Source: Octopus vulgaris (Eukaryota). Taken from it: a stretch of 64,000 nt of DNA. Shown one piece after another: positions 40,816 through 53,390 of this stretch. The translations under genes and the position numbers were made by a program. Below the pieces are notes generated by a model. It saw nothing but the letters and a program-made list of their open reading frames with translations. It was not told the DNA's origin and made no database searches. Numbering within the stretch: the stretch's first letter is position 1; every line of letters begins with the position of its first letter. The stretch covers positions 59,954,001 to 60,018,000 of the forward strand of contig OX597833.1 of the NCBI GenBank assembly GCA_951406725.2, in the 5' to 3' direction.

Positions 40816-42019
40816 CTGTGAACCGTGCGATTATATGTGTATGAATATATACACAAACAGTGGACATTAGGACATAGACAGTGTGACTATATGGACATTA
40901 GGACATAGACAGTTTCCACTCTTGTTACACCAACTACTGACCATTCTTGTACAGTGTGCGACAAGAATGCCCCCCACAGCATGCCAGGCTGTTTTTATCA
41001 ATCGCTTTCATGAAGTTCCTGAATGACCATCATTTTGTATGGATGCTATTTGAGATCGGTGTGTAAAATTCTGACAGCTCAGTTGGACAATTGTAAAGCA
41101 GAAGCATGCTGAAACCCTATTTTCTGGCATATGAGTTGAACTTTCAGACTAAACTTTACTGTTAAAAAAAAAAGGTAGGTTGACTTGTACACCAATATGA
41201 CTTTGGAGGATCCCAAATTCCATGTGAAACGTTGCAGAACTCGGAAAGAGTTCTAAACTCTTGGTAGGGCTACCCTTGGTGGCAAGGTCAAAGATGAGGG
41301 CCCAGACAAAGCATGATCAACCCCCCAAAGATCCTAGTGATGCAACAAGCTGATGATGATTTTGGCAGATCTCATCACTGGAACTAGCGGATGAAGTGAG
41401 CTACGTATGACAGACATGCTACAGAAGGTACCACTCAAAACTATAACTGGGTCAGTGGCATTCCATTGCAGTTTCATAACTGGATCCTGCATATCTCAAT
41501 GTATATGTGCCACAGAAGAAGGTCATGAAATCAAGTGTGTGGGTCACTTACTGGCAAATTGAGGTCTGCCTTAAACAAATCAATGCCATTAGCACTTTCT
41601 TCTACTCTGATTGTCTTTTACCTCTAACCATATGAAGACTCTGTTACATCTGCCTAAGTTCACTAGAGTTGCACCGATGGTTGTATAAAATATGGGCGGT
41701 TTTTCAGATGCTTCCTGTATTTCAAATTAGTGATTCTCTCATCACTAATTTAACTTTGCATGATTTTGGTGAATATAGTGAGGATGCATGTCATCATCAT
41801 CACTTAACATTCAGTTTCCAAGCTGGTATGCGTAAGAGGATTCAACAAGTTCTGACAAATTAGGCGTCTGTGTCATATATTGTAGTGTCCACATCGGGAT
41901 GGGTTTTTTCTACAGCAGGATGCCCTTTCTAATGCCAACCACCCCAGAGTGTACTGGGTGCCTTTTTTCATGACACCAACACGAGTGAAGGTCATCTTAT
42001 AACTTGCAAGGCTAAAGGC

Positions 42020-42050
<31 letters not shown>

Positions 42051-42216
42051 ATAAGGGTAGAAATTGATATTAATCAATTAAAACCAGTGGCCTAGCATAT
42101 TTTTAAAACATTTGAAGATTAGAAATTGTTTTACATACAAAATTTAGAGGACTGACCACTAACAGCATATAGGCTGTCCACTTTTAGTGGTCAGCCCTCT
42201 AAATTTTGTATGTATA

Positions 42217-42259
<43 letters not shown>

Positions 42260-42421
42260 GTAGTCACATGCAAGTGTATCTATGTATATGCATACATATA
42301 TTATACATGCATACACATAGTGTGTATGTGTATACACACACATACATATATTATACATGCATAAACACACACATATATAGTGTATGTATACATGCATAGA
42401 TATAAATAGATAAATGCACAT

Positions 42422-42485
<64 letters not shown>

Positions 42486-43041
42486 CAGATGTAAGGAACA
42501 GTTAAGGAAAGGAATGTTTTCACAGCTGCCTCACTTTACCACAACATCCACCCGCCTCTTCTCTCTAATATCCTGCATACACCCCATTCACAGACCTACC
42601 ACCGCTGCCACTACCAACACCATTTTCTTAAACACTTCCCAACCATTTAAATAAGCCCAAACTCTATTTTGTATTTTGTTTCTTTCACTGTAAACTTCCG
42701 TCACAGAAACAACTGTGTTTGTTAAACATTTCACAAATTACTTAACCTTTTGGAAACTTTGGCTTGGCTGTTTCTTTTTTAGGTGATGGCCATAACTCTT
42801 GGGCCTTACTCTCTTATCAAATAAATCAAATAAGGGGGACACACACACATACACACACATTTACATATGCATTCAGACTTATTCTATTGGTTTCTCTTGC
42901 CAAACATCTAAGTTATGGGGACATAAATACACCAACACCAGTTGTGAAGCAGTGGTGCGGGGACATAGACACAAATACACATAGGTTGGACCATTAGCCC
43001 CTACACGCAATTTTTTGCTCTCCTCATTTCTTTTCTGTGTA

Positions 43042-43079
43042 TCTTTCTGTCGAAGAGCGTAGGCTCGAAACGTAAAAGA
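43042..43079 (+). ncRNA. Minimal type-I hammerhead ribozyme motif in a Penelope-like fragment (42983-43176)
   Basis: tcttt-CTGTCGA-a-GAGC-gtag-GCTC-GAA-ACGT-A-aaaga: stems I and II pair, palindromic ACGT stem III; A6 is substituted. Confidence 0.6.
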
Positions 43080-43174
43080 CTTGTTTTATTTCTATTCCTG
43101 AGCGCCATACTAATACATTATTTGTTTGTACTCCACCTGCCTTCATCTTTTGTTTATTTTTGTAAACCTTCCCG

Positions 43175-43215
<41 letters not shown>

Positions 43216-43353
43216 TACGATGCACTTCTTTCAGTTTCCATCTACCAAATCTCACAAGGCTTTAGTCAGCCCAAGACTATTGCCCAAGGTGCCACACAGT
43301 AGACTGAACCTGGAACCATGGGGTTTGGGAAGCAAGCTCTTGCCACACCTGCA

Positions 43354-43386
<33 letters not shown>

Positions 43387-43462
43387 CCTTCTGGTCATTC
43401 AAAATGTGACCGCGTGTGTACCGTTGGCGATTTTTTTTTTCCTCTGTCTTCCCTCCTCCTAT

Positions 43463-43497
43463 GTTTCCGACGAAGAGCTCCGCTTGAAACGTTAAAC
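43463..43497 (+). ncRNA. Minimal type-I hammerhead ribozyme motif in a Penelope-like fragment (43385-43590)
   Basis: gttt-CCGACGA-a-GAGC-tcc-GCTT-GAA-ACGT-T-aaac. Confidence 0.65.
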
Positions 43498-43702
43498 CCT
43501 CCTTCTTTCCTGAGCGTCCAATAATACTATATTTGTTCCACATCCTCGCGTTTTTGTGTTTTTTTGTGCTTTCATGTTTGGATTAAATATATATGTAATA
43601 CATATATAATATATGGTTCAAAATTGTATTAAAAAGACAGAGGTAGGTGAAGGAACAACAAACAAGTTGTATAAGTTTTGATGCTCAGGAAAATGGAAGA
43701 GT

Positions 43703-43740
43703 CCCTTGACATTTCAAGCCTATGCTCTTCTCCAGAAAGG
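43703..43740 (-). ncRNA. Degenerate hammerhead motif in a Penelope-like fragment (~43610-43800)
   Basis: Reverse complement: ccttt-CTGGAGA-a-GAGC-atag-GCTT-GAA-ATGT-C-aaggg. Confidence 0.5.
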
Positions 43741-44051
43741 AATAAAGAGAGAAATCAGATAGAGAGAAGGGAAAAAAATGGAGAGAGAAAAAAACTACAT
43801 GTATGTAGATTTTAGCAAGACTGAAGGGGCCCCAAGTGACTTTGACCTGTTCCACTCCAAAACAGCAGGCATTGGTCTTGTTGGTTTTCAGTTTTCAAGA
43901 ATTGTAAATCAATATTAACATATGGTAGAGGAGGAAACCAAAGGGTCAATGTTCAAGAGAGAAAGGATTGGGGGTTAAATAGCTAATACAGAACCTGATT
44001 GGAGGCAAGGTCAGGGTAGGTCTAGGTGAAGTTGATCTGCTTTAAAGATAC

Positions 44052-44282
44052 CTATTTCTTTATTGCCCCCAAGGGGCTAAACATAGAGAGGGGACAAACA
44101 ATGACAAACAGATTAAGTCGATTATATCGATCCCAGTGCGTAACTGGTACTTATTTAATCGACCCCAAAAGGATGAAAGGCTAAGTCGACCTCGGCGGAA
44201 TTTGAACTCAGAACGTAACGGCAAACGGAATACCGCAAAGCATTTCGCCCGATGTGCTAACGATTCTCCCAGCTCACCCGCC
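44052..44282 (-). mobile_element. SINE family A
   Basis: Full-length. Confidence 0.9.
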
Positions 44283-44457
44283 GTATCCCAGCTCACCATC
44301 ATAGAGTGAAGAGAGAGAACATGTCTGTGAGTTTACTTATGTTGGATGGCCATCTTTAGGATGTGTTCTTGTATGTCTGTGTGTAGTTGTGGTCATAACA
44401 TGGATGTTAGGCCAGCTAGAAATAGCAGGCAAATGCCCCTTAAATCACACTCTAGGG

Positions 44458-44678
44458 CAGTGCTTTTCAAACTTTTTGCTGGAGCGGAACCCCAGGAAAC
44501 ATTCCACTGGCTCGAGGAACCCCTGTGAAATAATTTAATAGTCTTATTATGCACACATATCTGCACAGGAGACTTAAAAATTACTGCCGATTTTAGCAGT
44601 TTTGTAACTTCTTGCTGAACCCCTGGACTGTACTGGCAGAAGCCTAAGGTTCCGAGGAACCCTGGTTGAAAACCACTG
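44458..44678. mobile_element. hAT (Charlie-like) MITE inserted in repeat family E
   Basis: TIRs cagtgcttttcaa / ttgaaaaccactg; perfect 8-bp TSD ctctaggg. Confidence 0.9.
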
Positions 44679-45914
44679 CTCTAGGGTCTTAAAAGAAAGA
44701 GAAAATAACACATTGAATGAGGTCATCCTAGATACTCTGTATTATGAATAACTGACAGGATGGTCATGGCTTGATCGCATTTGATCATAGGGCTGCTGGA
44801 TGAAAACTGACTTGGGGCTAAACAGCAAATAAAGTATCTGTTAAACAAGTCACTTGACTCTCCGAGTGTAGAGAGTGTGCGCATATGTATGTGTGTTTCT
44901 TTAGTCAGTGTATCACATGAATCTAAATATATATTTTTAGAGAAGGGGTTTCACTGCCTCCCATCGTAGCCCAAACATGGCAAGCATATACGTAACAGGT
45001 TTATTACTAAAATACATTCCCTCTGCAACTGTGTGATCCCCTCTCTCTCTCTCTCTCCCACCACCACCACCACCTCTCCCTCCTCACCACCTCCTGCTCC
45101 TCCTCCTCCCCTCTCTTTCTCGTTATGTAATTATGAAATATTAATTACTGTCCTCCTTGCTTCGGTTTTCTGTCCCCTCCAGCCAACTAAGTCACCCTTA
45201 AAAACTCCCTACTAATAGGTAGTTGTTACTTCCTTTCAGCCCGAGTACGTTCCACCCTCGTCTCCGTCTCCGTTGGTTACCTGGTTCTTTATTGTTGTTG
45301 TTGTTGTTATGCTTGTTGTTGTTGTACTTGTTGTTGTTGGTGTCCTTTATGTTATTTTTGTCTAAAAATTGTTTGTTTCTCATGTATTTCTTCTGAGATT
45401 CTTTGTGTGTGTGTGTGTGTGTGGTGGTCGTGGGAGGAAGGGCTCACATTTCTTCACTGATAGTGAAAGACGAGGAGGAAAAGAACAATGTTCCTCCTTT
45501 CTGTCTTTGTTTCTCTCTTCCTCGCTTCATCTCCCTCACACACCCCCACGCCCCTCTCCGCCTCCCTTTCAGCAAGTGTTCACTTTCATTTATTTCCATC
45601 CCCAGTTCATCTTACATAAGTTGTTGTTGTTGAGGTAACCCCTGTCAGTCCTTTACACAGCAGAGACCTACCTATTGATGCCGGCCCAGCTCTGATAAGA
45701 GATTTAGGAATTGCAATAAATATAGTGTTGAAAAATGTAGAATACATTGGAATAGTGTACGACTGTATTAATAGCTATAGACACTGTGTGTGTGTGTGTG
45801 TGTATTTATATACATTTATTCTAAAAATGTATTAGTAGCTGTATACATTGTTCATATATGCGTGGGTATGTTTGGTTGTACAAACTGAATAAATTGAACT
45901 CAAAACATGAGTAA

Positions 45915-46083
45915 GCGCAGAAGTGGCTGTGTGGTAAGTAGCTTGCTTACCAACCACATGGCTCCGGGTTCAGTCCCACTGTGTAGCACCTTGGGCAAGT
46001 GTCTTCACTATAGCCTCGGGCCGACCAAAGCCTTGTGAGTGGATTTGGTAGACGGAAACTGAAAGAAACCCGTTGTATATATG

Positions 46084-46117
<34 letters not shown>

Positions 46118-47250
46118 GCAAGCTGGCAGAAACATTAGTACGCTTGGCGAAATGCGTAGCCGTATTTCGTCTGCCGTTACATTCTGAATTCAAATTCCGC
46201 CGAGGTCGACTTTGCCTTTCATCCTTTCAGGGTCGATAAATTAAGTACCAGTTACGCACTGGGGTCGATGTAATCGATTTAATCCGTTTTTCTGTTCTTG
46301 TTTGTCCCCTCTATGTTTAGCCCCCTGTGGGCAATAAAGAAATAAGAAGTGTGTACTACTTGAGTACTGGTATCAAGGCAATCCATTAATTCCCCCCCCA
46401 ACTCCCTCTCAAAACTACTGACCTTATACTTACTACATTGCACCTTGGACAAGTATCTCTTCTACTATAGTCCCAGACCAACTAAAACCTTGTGAGGGGA
46501 TTTAGTAAACAAAAACTGAAAGAAGCCCATCAGAATCATCATCATCATCATTGTTTAATGTCTGCTTTCCATGCTGGCATGGGTTGGATGGTTTGACTGA
46601 GGACCAGCAAGCCAGAAGCCTGCACCAGGCTCTAATCTAATCTGGCGAGGTTTCTACAGCTGGATGGCCTTCCTAATGCCAACAACTCCAAGAATATAAT
46701 GGGTGTGTTTTACATGTCACCAGCATATGAACCAGTCAGGCTGTATTGTCATTGACCACGCTCGAATGGTGTTTTTCACATGCCACCGGCACAGGGGCCA
46801 GTCAGACAGTACTGGCATCAACCACATGTGAATGGTGTTTTTTTATGTCCCATTGGCACAGACACCAGTCAGGCGGTACAGGCAACGGCCACAACAATGA
46901 TTTCACTTGACTCAGTAGGTCTTCTCAAGCACAGTATATTGCCCAACGACTGAAGGATATATCTATATATTTGTATGTGTATATATATGTATGTGTGTAT
47001 ATATATGTATGTGTGTATACATATATATATGTGTGTATATCTTTGTGTTTGTCCTTGTCTCCCACCACTGCTTGATAATCAGTGTTGGTGTGTTTACATC
47101 TCTATAACTTAGTGGTTTGACAAAAGTGACTGATAAATACCAGGCTTAAAAAATAATAAGTACTGGATTTGATTCTTTTGACTAACAGTTTGTCAATGTG
47201 GTGCCCCAGCATGGCCACAATCTAATTACTGAAACAAGTAAAAGATAAGA
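45915..47250. mobile_element. Nested SINE cluster: B head (+), A (46117-46345 +), old B split by C (46536-46955 -)
   Basis: Identity to the respective families. Confidence 0.8.
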
Positions 47251-48418
47251 TTATTATGAACAGCAGGGAATTGAGAGAACTGGTAAAGCATCAGAATAAA
47301 TGCTATATGGTATTTGTTTTGGCTGTTTATGTTCTAAGTTCAAATTCCACCAAGGTCACCTTTGCCTTTCATTTCTCTGGGTCAATAAAATAAAGGAGGA
47401 ATTACAACCGTGTTTCGTGGTCTGCTACCACAACAGCTCCTTTATAGGATCCAGTTAGCTCAAGACATCATCAGGAGGAACCACGTCCAGTTTCGGCCCC
47501 TACTCCTCTACCGTTTTGACGTGGTGGGGCCCCTTCTTTCGGAGGTGTCTTCAGCTCTGGTGTTGGGTGCATGTCTTCTTTCTTCTTCTTTCGAAGAAAA
47601 AAGAAAAAAAAAAGATCAAGTACTGAGGTCAATGTTGTCAACTTACTCCCACCCTTCGAATTTGCTGGCCTTGTGCCTAAATTTGAAGCAGTTTTTTCTT
47701 TTTTTTTTTATCCTGTATTGAAGTATAGACATTTTTGAAATAATTCCATGGAAAGTTGGGTTTTAGCAGGATTTATTTAATCAAGGGAATGATTTTTTGT
47801 TTTGCAATGAAAGAACTTGGGAATGTACGGACAGCTGACTTTTAGTCATTGTTTTGAGACAATTGTTCTTTATTCAGCATAGTTTCCATTTCTGGTTTAT
47901 CATTAAGAGTAGCTAGCAACAAGTGTAGTAGCTATAGTAACACCCACAACAATTTCAATAAAAGTTTTCAAATAATAGCATAATATATAAAAAAAAAAAT
48001 GAGGTAGCAGATACAACAGATGTTTGCACTTTAACTAAAAAAAAAAAAGAAAGAAAAAAAATATTTCAAATGCCTCTTATAGCAATAGTTGCAGTTTTGC
48101 TAGCATTGCTAACCAGAGGGAGGTGATCAATATAGACCAGCTCCTGGAAAGATTAGAATGTAGGAGGAATGTGTTACAAAGGATAGTACCTCTTTGCCTA
48201 TGGAAAGGCTCATTCTTACATATAAATGACTGGGCTCTTCCAGAAAAAAGTGAGGAGATTAATATTATTCAGTAGTACAGTTTTTATTTCTGGCTTTCAC
48301 TGTACCACCAAGGTTAGCTCTGTGGGTCTTAGGTAGTGTTTTACTCTCCCTGTGCTACCCATCATAGCTCTGTGGCTTTTGGGTAGTGTTTTGTTTTGGT
48401 TTTGTGCGAGCTGGCTTC

Positions 48419-48651
48419 AGGCGGCGAGCTGGCAGAAACGTTAGCAAGCCTGGCAAAATGCTTAGCATTATTTCGTCTGCCGCTATGTTCTGAGTTCAAA
48501 TTCCGCCGAGGTCGACTTTGCCTTTCATCCTTTCGGGGTCGATTAAATAAGTACCAGTTACGCACTGGGGTCGATATAATCAACTTAATCCGTTTGTCTG
48601 TCCTTGTTTGTCCTCTCTGTGTTTAGCCCCTTGTGGGTAGTAAAGAAATAA
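48419..48651 (+). mobile_element. SINE family A
   Basis: Full-length. Confidence 0.9.
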
Positions 48652-48939
48652 GTTTTGTACTCTATTGACTCTTTGCTGTGTTATATGCATATACACTATC
48701 TAGCAGCACTATTTTCTGTATTTTACACATATTTTTAAGTCCCAAAATTTTGGTCATGTGTTTGTTTGCCTGTGTTTTGATCATTCCCATGTTACTTATT
48801 AATAGAAGGAGTGTTTCTGTTTACAGCCCTACCCTACCCCCCCCCCTAATTTTGGTTATCTCCATTTCCAGATTTTCATATTCGGTCAATTCCATCATTT
48901 CTTTAATACATTCTCATCATCTGTCATGGCTTACTCTTT

Positions 48940-49500
48940 AGTTGAATTAACAGAATCAGTAGAGCACCAAACAAAATACCTTGTGATACATGCTTCTGGA
49001 GTTCAAATCTTGCTATGGTCAAATTTGCTTTCATCCTTCTGAGATTTTTTAAAAATAAAGTACCACTGAAATCATCATCATCATCATACATGGTGAGGTG
49101 GCCGAATCATTAGCACGCCAAACAGAATGCTCAGTGGCATTTCATCAGTCTTTACGTTTTGAGTTCAAATTCCACCAAGGTCAGCTTTGCATTTCATCCT
49201 TTCAGGGTCAATAAAATAAGTATCAGTCATGCACTGGGGTCGATGTAATCAACTAGCCCCCTACCACAAAATTTCAGGCCTTGGGCCTATAGGAATGAGC
49301 TGGCAGAACTGTTACTGTACCAGACAAAATGCTTAGCAGCATTTCTTCCAGCTGTACATTCTGAGTTCAAATTCCACCAAGGTTAACTTTGCCTTTTACC
49401 CTTTTGATGTCAATAAAATAAGTATCGGTTGAACACTGGGGTTGATGTAACCAACTTTCCCCTTCCCACAAAATTTCAGGCCTTGTGCCTATAATAGAAA

Positions 49501-49505
<5 letters not shown>
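48940..49505 (+). mobile_element. Three old family A SINE units in tandem
   Basis: Repeated gagttcaaat...tttgcctttcatcc core. Confidence 0.75.
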
Positions 49506-49532
<27 letters not shown>

Positions 49533-49677
49533 TCATCCTCTCTTTAATAGCAATGTCGGTTTTGTTCACCCGATTCAACATTTAAAACATCTTTTTCTTG
49601 CAACTAATCAATTCACAATGCAAGCATGTTAAGGGCATCGATCTCTCACCATGTTGATCTTGAAGAATCTGTGAGAA

Positions 49678-49920
49678 CTGTGGACGTAGTACTTGCATCC
49701 TCCGAGGGCTGTGGATGTAGTACTCGCATCCTCCGAGAGCTGTGGACATAGTACTCTCATCCTCTGATGGCTGTGGATGTAGTACTCTCATCCTCCGATG
49801 GCTGTGAACATAGTACTTGCATCCTCCGAGGGCTGTGGATGTAGTACTCTCATCCTCCGATGGCTGTGAACATAGTACTTGCATCCTCCGAGGGCTGTGG
49901 ACATAGTTCTTGCATCCTGG
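49678..49920. repeat. 31-bp minisatellite x8 with internal dyad symmetry
   Basis: ctgtggatgtagtactcgcatcctccgaggg units. Confidence 0.95.
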
Positions 49921-50989
49921 CCAAACCAGTGATCAGAATAATGTTGATGATGACGATAATGATAATCCTTTCTAATATAAGTACAAGGCCTGAAATTTTG
50001 GTGTGGGAGCTAGTCAGTTACATCGACCCCAGTGTCCAACTGGTACTTACTTCATTGACCCTGAAAAGCTGAAAGGAATAATAATAAAAATAATGATACA
50101 TAGTCGATACATAATTAACCTCCTCTGAAAAAAAAAATGCAGTTTTCCTGTGTAAACTCCTTGTAAAGGTATGTATGTGTGTACATGTGTATGCTGTATG
50201 CACAAGTACATATTTGTGCTTAATATATGCACATATCATCATCATCATCGTCGTTGTTTAATTTCCGCCTTCAATGTATATGTACATGGAAGTGTTTTTG
50301 TAGGTACATAGATGTGTGTGTGTGTGGATAATTGATACACTGGCAAATATGTCTACTGCTTGCAATGCCTGTTTTATCATCCCTGGCAACAGTTGCATGA
50401 AATGGAAGCGAGCTGATTTCCCCCCAGGAGAGGAAGTCTATTTACTGCAACTAACATTCCCTCATGATCTGGTTGTTATCATTTCCTATCAGCTAAATAA
50501 ATAAATACAAGTACTAGCTGCAAAATACTCTGAGTAACAACTCACGCAGACTCAACTGTGAATATTAGATATTCTCCTCTACCACTTTACTCCTGGGTTA
50601 CACGAACCTCTGACATTCCAACTCACTGCCATCTCTGTCAACATTGCCTTGTATAGACATACCTGCTTCAGAGGACTGTTCTCCTGTCACACATCCCTCT
50701 CATCTCTGTCACTTGTGCTTCTCACTCTGTAAAGAGGTCGGTGAGCAAACAGAGCCGTGACGTTGTAAAGTTGTATCGAGGTCATGGCTACCTGTCTAAT
50801 GCTGGTGCCATGAAAAATGCACCCAGTACATTCTGTAAAATGGGTGGTGTTAAGATGGGCATCTAGCTATAGAAGCTAAGCCAAAGTAAAACACACAAAC
50901 GAAATGGGGTCCTTGACCCATCAAGATGAGCAGTACCCACTAAACATGTATTAACTCATCCAGCCTGTACCAGTAGTGAAAGTATATGA

Positions 50990-51645
50990 TCATCATTGTT
51001 TAATGTCCCTTTTTCCATGCTGGTATGGGATGGGTGGCTCGGCAGGAGCTAGCAAGGCCAGAGGCTGCACCAGATTCTGTAGTCTACTTTGGCTTGGTTT
51101 CTACAGTTGGATGCCCTTTCTAATACCAACCACTTTACAGAGTATGCTGGATGCTTTTTACATGTCATCAACCCTAGTGCCTTTTACATGGCACCAGTGC
51201 CTTTTACGTCACACCAGTGCCTTTTACATCACACCAGTGCTTTTTACGTCACACCTGTGCCTTTTACGTCACATCAGTGCCTGTTATGTCACACCAGTGC
51301 CTGTTACGTCACACCAGTGCCTTTTATGTCACACCAGTGCCTTTTATGTCACATCAGTGCCTTTTACATGGCACCAGCACTAGTGCCTTTTACGTGGCAC
51401 AAGTGCCTTTTACATCGCACCAACACCAGTACCCTTTACATGGCATCAGTGCCCTTTACATGGCACCAGCACCAGTGCCTTTTACGTGGCACCAGTCCCT
51501 TTACGTGACACCAGCCCCAGTGCCTTTTATGTGGAACCAGCACCAGTGCCTCTTACGTGGCACCAGCACTAGTGTTTCTTACACGTCACCATCACCAGTG
51601 CCTCTTACATGGCACCAGCACCAATGCGTTTTATGTGGCGCCTTG
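50990..51645 (-). mobile_element. Old family C SINE with an expanded ~20-27-bp internal minisatellite
   Basis: C tail at 50990-51170, then about 20 accagtgccttttacgtcac units. Confidence 0.8.
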
Positions 51646-52239
51646 GTTCTAGGACACCCTGATGATGATGACATAACAGTATTGAGTACTTTACTTCAAT
51701 GACGACTCAAACCAGTCTAAAAGCCGCAAGCATATGCACTCGCATGCACACATATGATTACATATAACATAAGTATGTGTGTATCTGTGTTTGTGTATCG
51801 TTCCATCATTTGCTGATGTAAAACTGAGTCTGGGTTCCCCTCCACACAGACACAGCAGCCCCATCACTCAGCTAAATTTGGATTTACTGTTGTATATATT
51901 TAACTGTGATTAACCAAGATAAAACAAATATTTAGCTAATATGTTGGGAATCTCACAGAGTTTGCTATTTCCAAAACACTCTGTTGCGTTAGGCGATCCA
52001 GCTCCTTGCAAAAATGTAGCAGTACCGTGTGCACACATACACACACACGCTTGCACACACACATGCATGTACACACACATGCATGCACACACACATACAC
52101 ACACGGTGTGTGTAATGTTATGAGCAACACCCCTTTATATCTTCTAGTTCCTTCGCTACTGATGTTGATATTCTCACCTGCTTACTGTAGCAACTTGATG
52201 ATGAAGCTGGGATCCCCCCTACCGAAACCCTGCCCCGAA

Positions 52240-52275
<36 letters not shown>

Positions 52276-52568
52276 TGAGTGAGAGAGAGATTTTAATCAG
52301 TCTCAGTGATAGCCAAATGTAGCAGTGAAGGATCTAACCTGGCTAATAGCTGTCTACCTAAAGAAGGGTTTGCCAGCCGTAGGTAGGTAGGTTGGGGTCG
52401 GTCGGGCTGGCTGGTTGGCTGGCTGGCTGGTTGGTTAGCTGGCTGGTCCTCTGAGACAGACAGACAGCCAGCCAGGCAGTCGGACAGAATGAGTGGTGGG
52501 GAGAAGCTATGAACAAGCCAAGCACACACAAGTACTGCTATTATTACTCTGTGTATATCTATCTACAC

Positions 52569-52850
52569 ATGAACAATGTTAGTGTTGGACTGCTGATGTT
52601 GCTTCCCCCCTCCCCCCCACCGCCGTCCTCCTCCTCCGACCCCGCCGTCGCCACCACCATCACCAGCGCCGTCGACGACAACAACAAGTACTTTCTTTTC
52701 CCCTCCCCTCCTCTTCTCTTCTCTCTCTCTTCTAAACTTGTGGTGGAACAAACACACAAGGCAAGTCAGTTCTGTGTGAAGAAGAAGAAGAAGAAGAGAT
52801 TTAAGAAACTTTTACAGGATGTTCAGGGACTTACAGCAGGAAAGGAGGAG
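52569..52850 (+). CDS. Possible alternative first exon, or 33-nt microexon 52818-52850 (DVQGLTAGKEE)
   Basis: gag/GTaaac donor in phase 0 with in-frame ATGs at 52509 and 52569; GC/CpG-rich TE-free context; low-complexity translation. Confidence 0.3.
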
Positions 52851-52961
52851 GTAAACTAGTAGTGGTAGTAGTAACGTTTTGTATTGGTGGTGGTGGTAGT
52901 GGTAGTGGCGATGGTGGGGAGTATTGGATTAATTAGTCGGCTCCAGGGTTACTATTTGTTA

Positions 52962-53390
52962 TCTTTCTTTCTCTCTCTCTCTCTCTACTTGTGCTGTGTA
53001 TTTTACAACTTGTGTTAAGAGAGACACAGCACACAAGCAGAGGTGGCTGGATCTGTTAGAAATAGCCACCAGATCTCCCTCGTCTTAGAAATGAGGAGGA
53101 CCCATCAGATAACGTAGTCCTAGATATACCTAGACAGGATATCTTTCTCTCTCTCTCTCTCTCTCTACTTGTGCTGTGTATTTTACAACTTGTGTTAAGA
53201 GAGACACAGCATACACAGCAGAGGTGGCTGGATCTGTTAGAAATAGCCACCAAATCTCCCTCGTCTTAGAAATGAGGAGGGCCCATCAGATAACGTAGTC
53301 CTAGATATACCTAGACAGGATGGTCACTGCTGAAAATGCGTTTGATGATAGGTCTGCTTGATCGCGTTTGACCCGGGGCTAAACTACTTA
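52962..53390 (+). repeat. 180-bp tandem duplication of repeat family E
   Basis: ctctctacttgtgctgtg at 52981 and 53161. Confidence 0.88.

Noticed and set aside
41240-41480. Possible RTE 5'UTR with an HDV-like ribozyme
   Set aside because: Only vague resemblance; I could not assign the nested pseudoknot
49678-49920. CRISPR-like palindromic repeats
   Set aside because: No spacers, no cas genes, eukaryotic context
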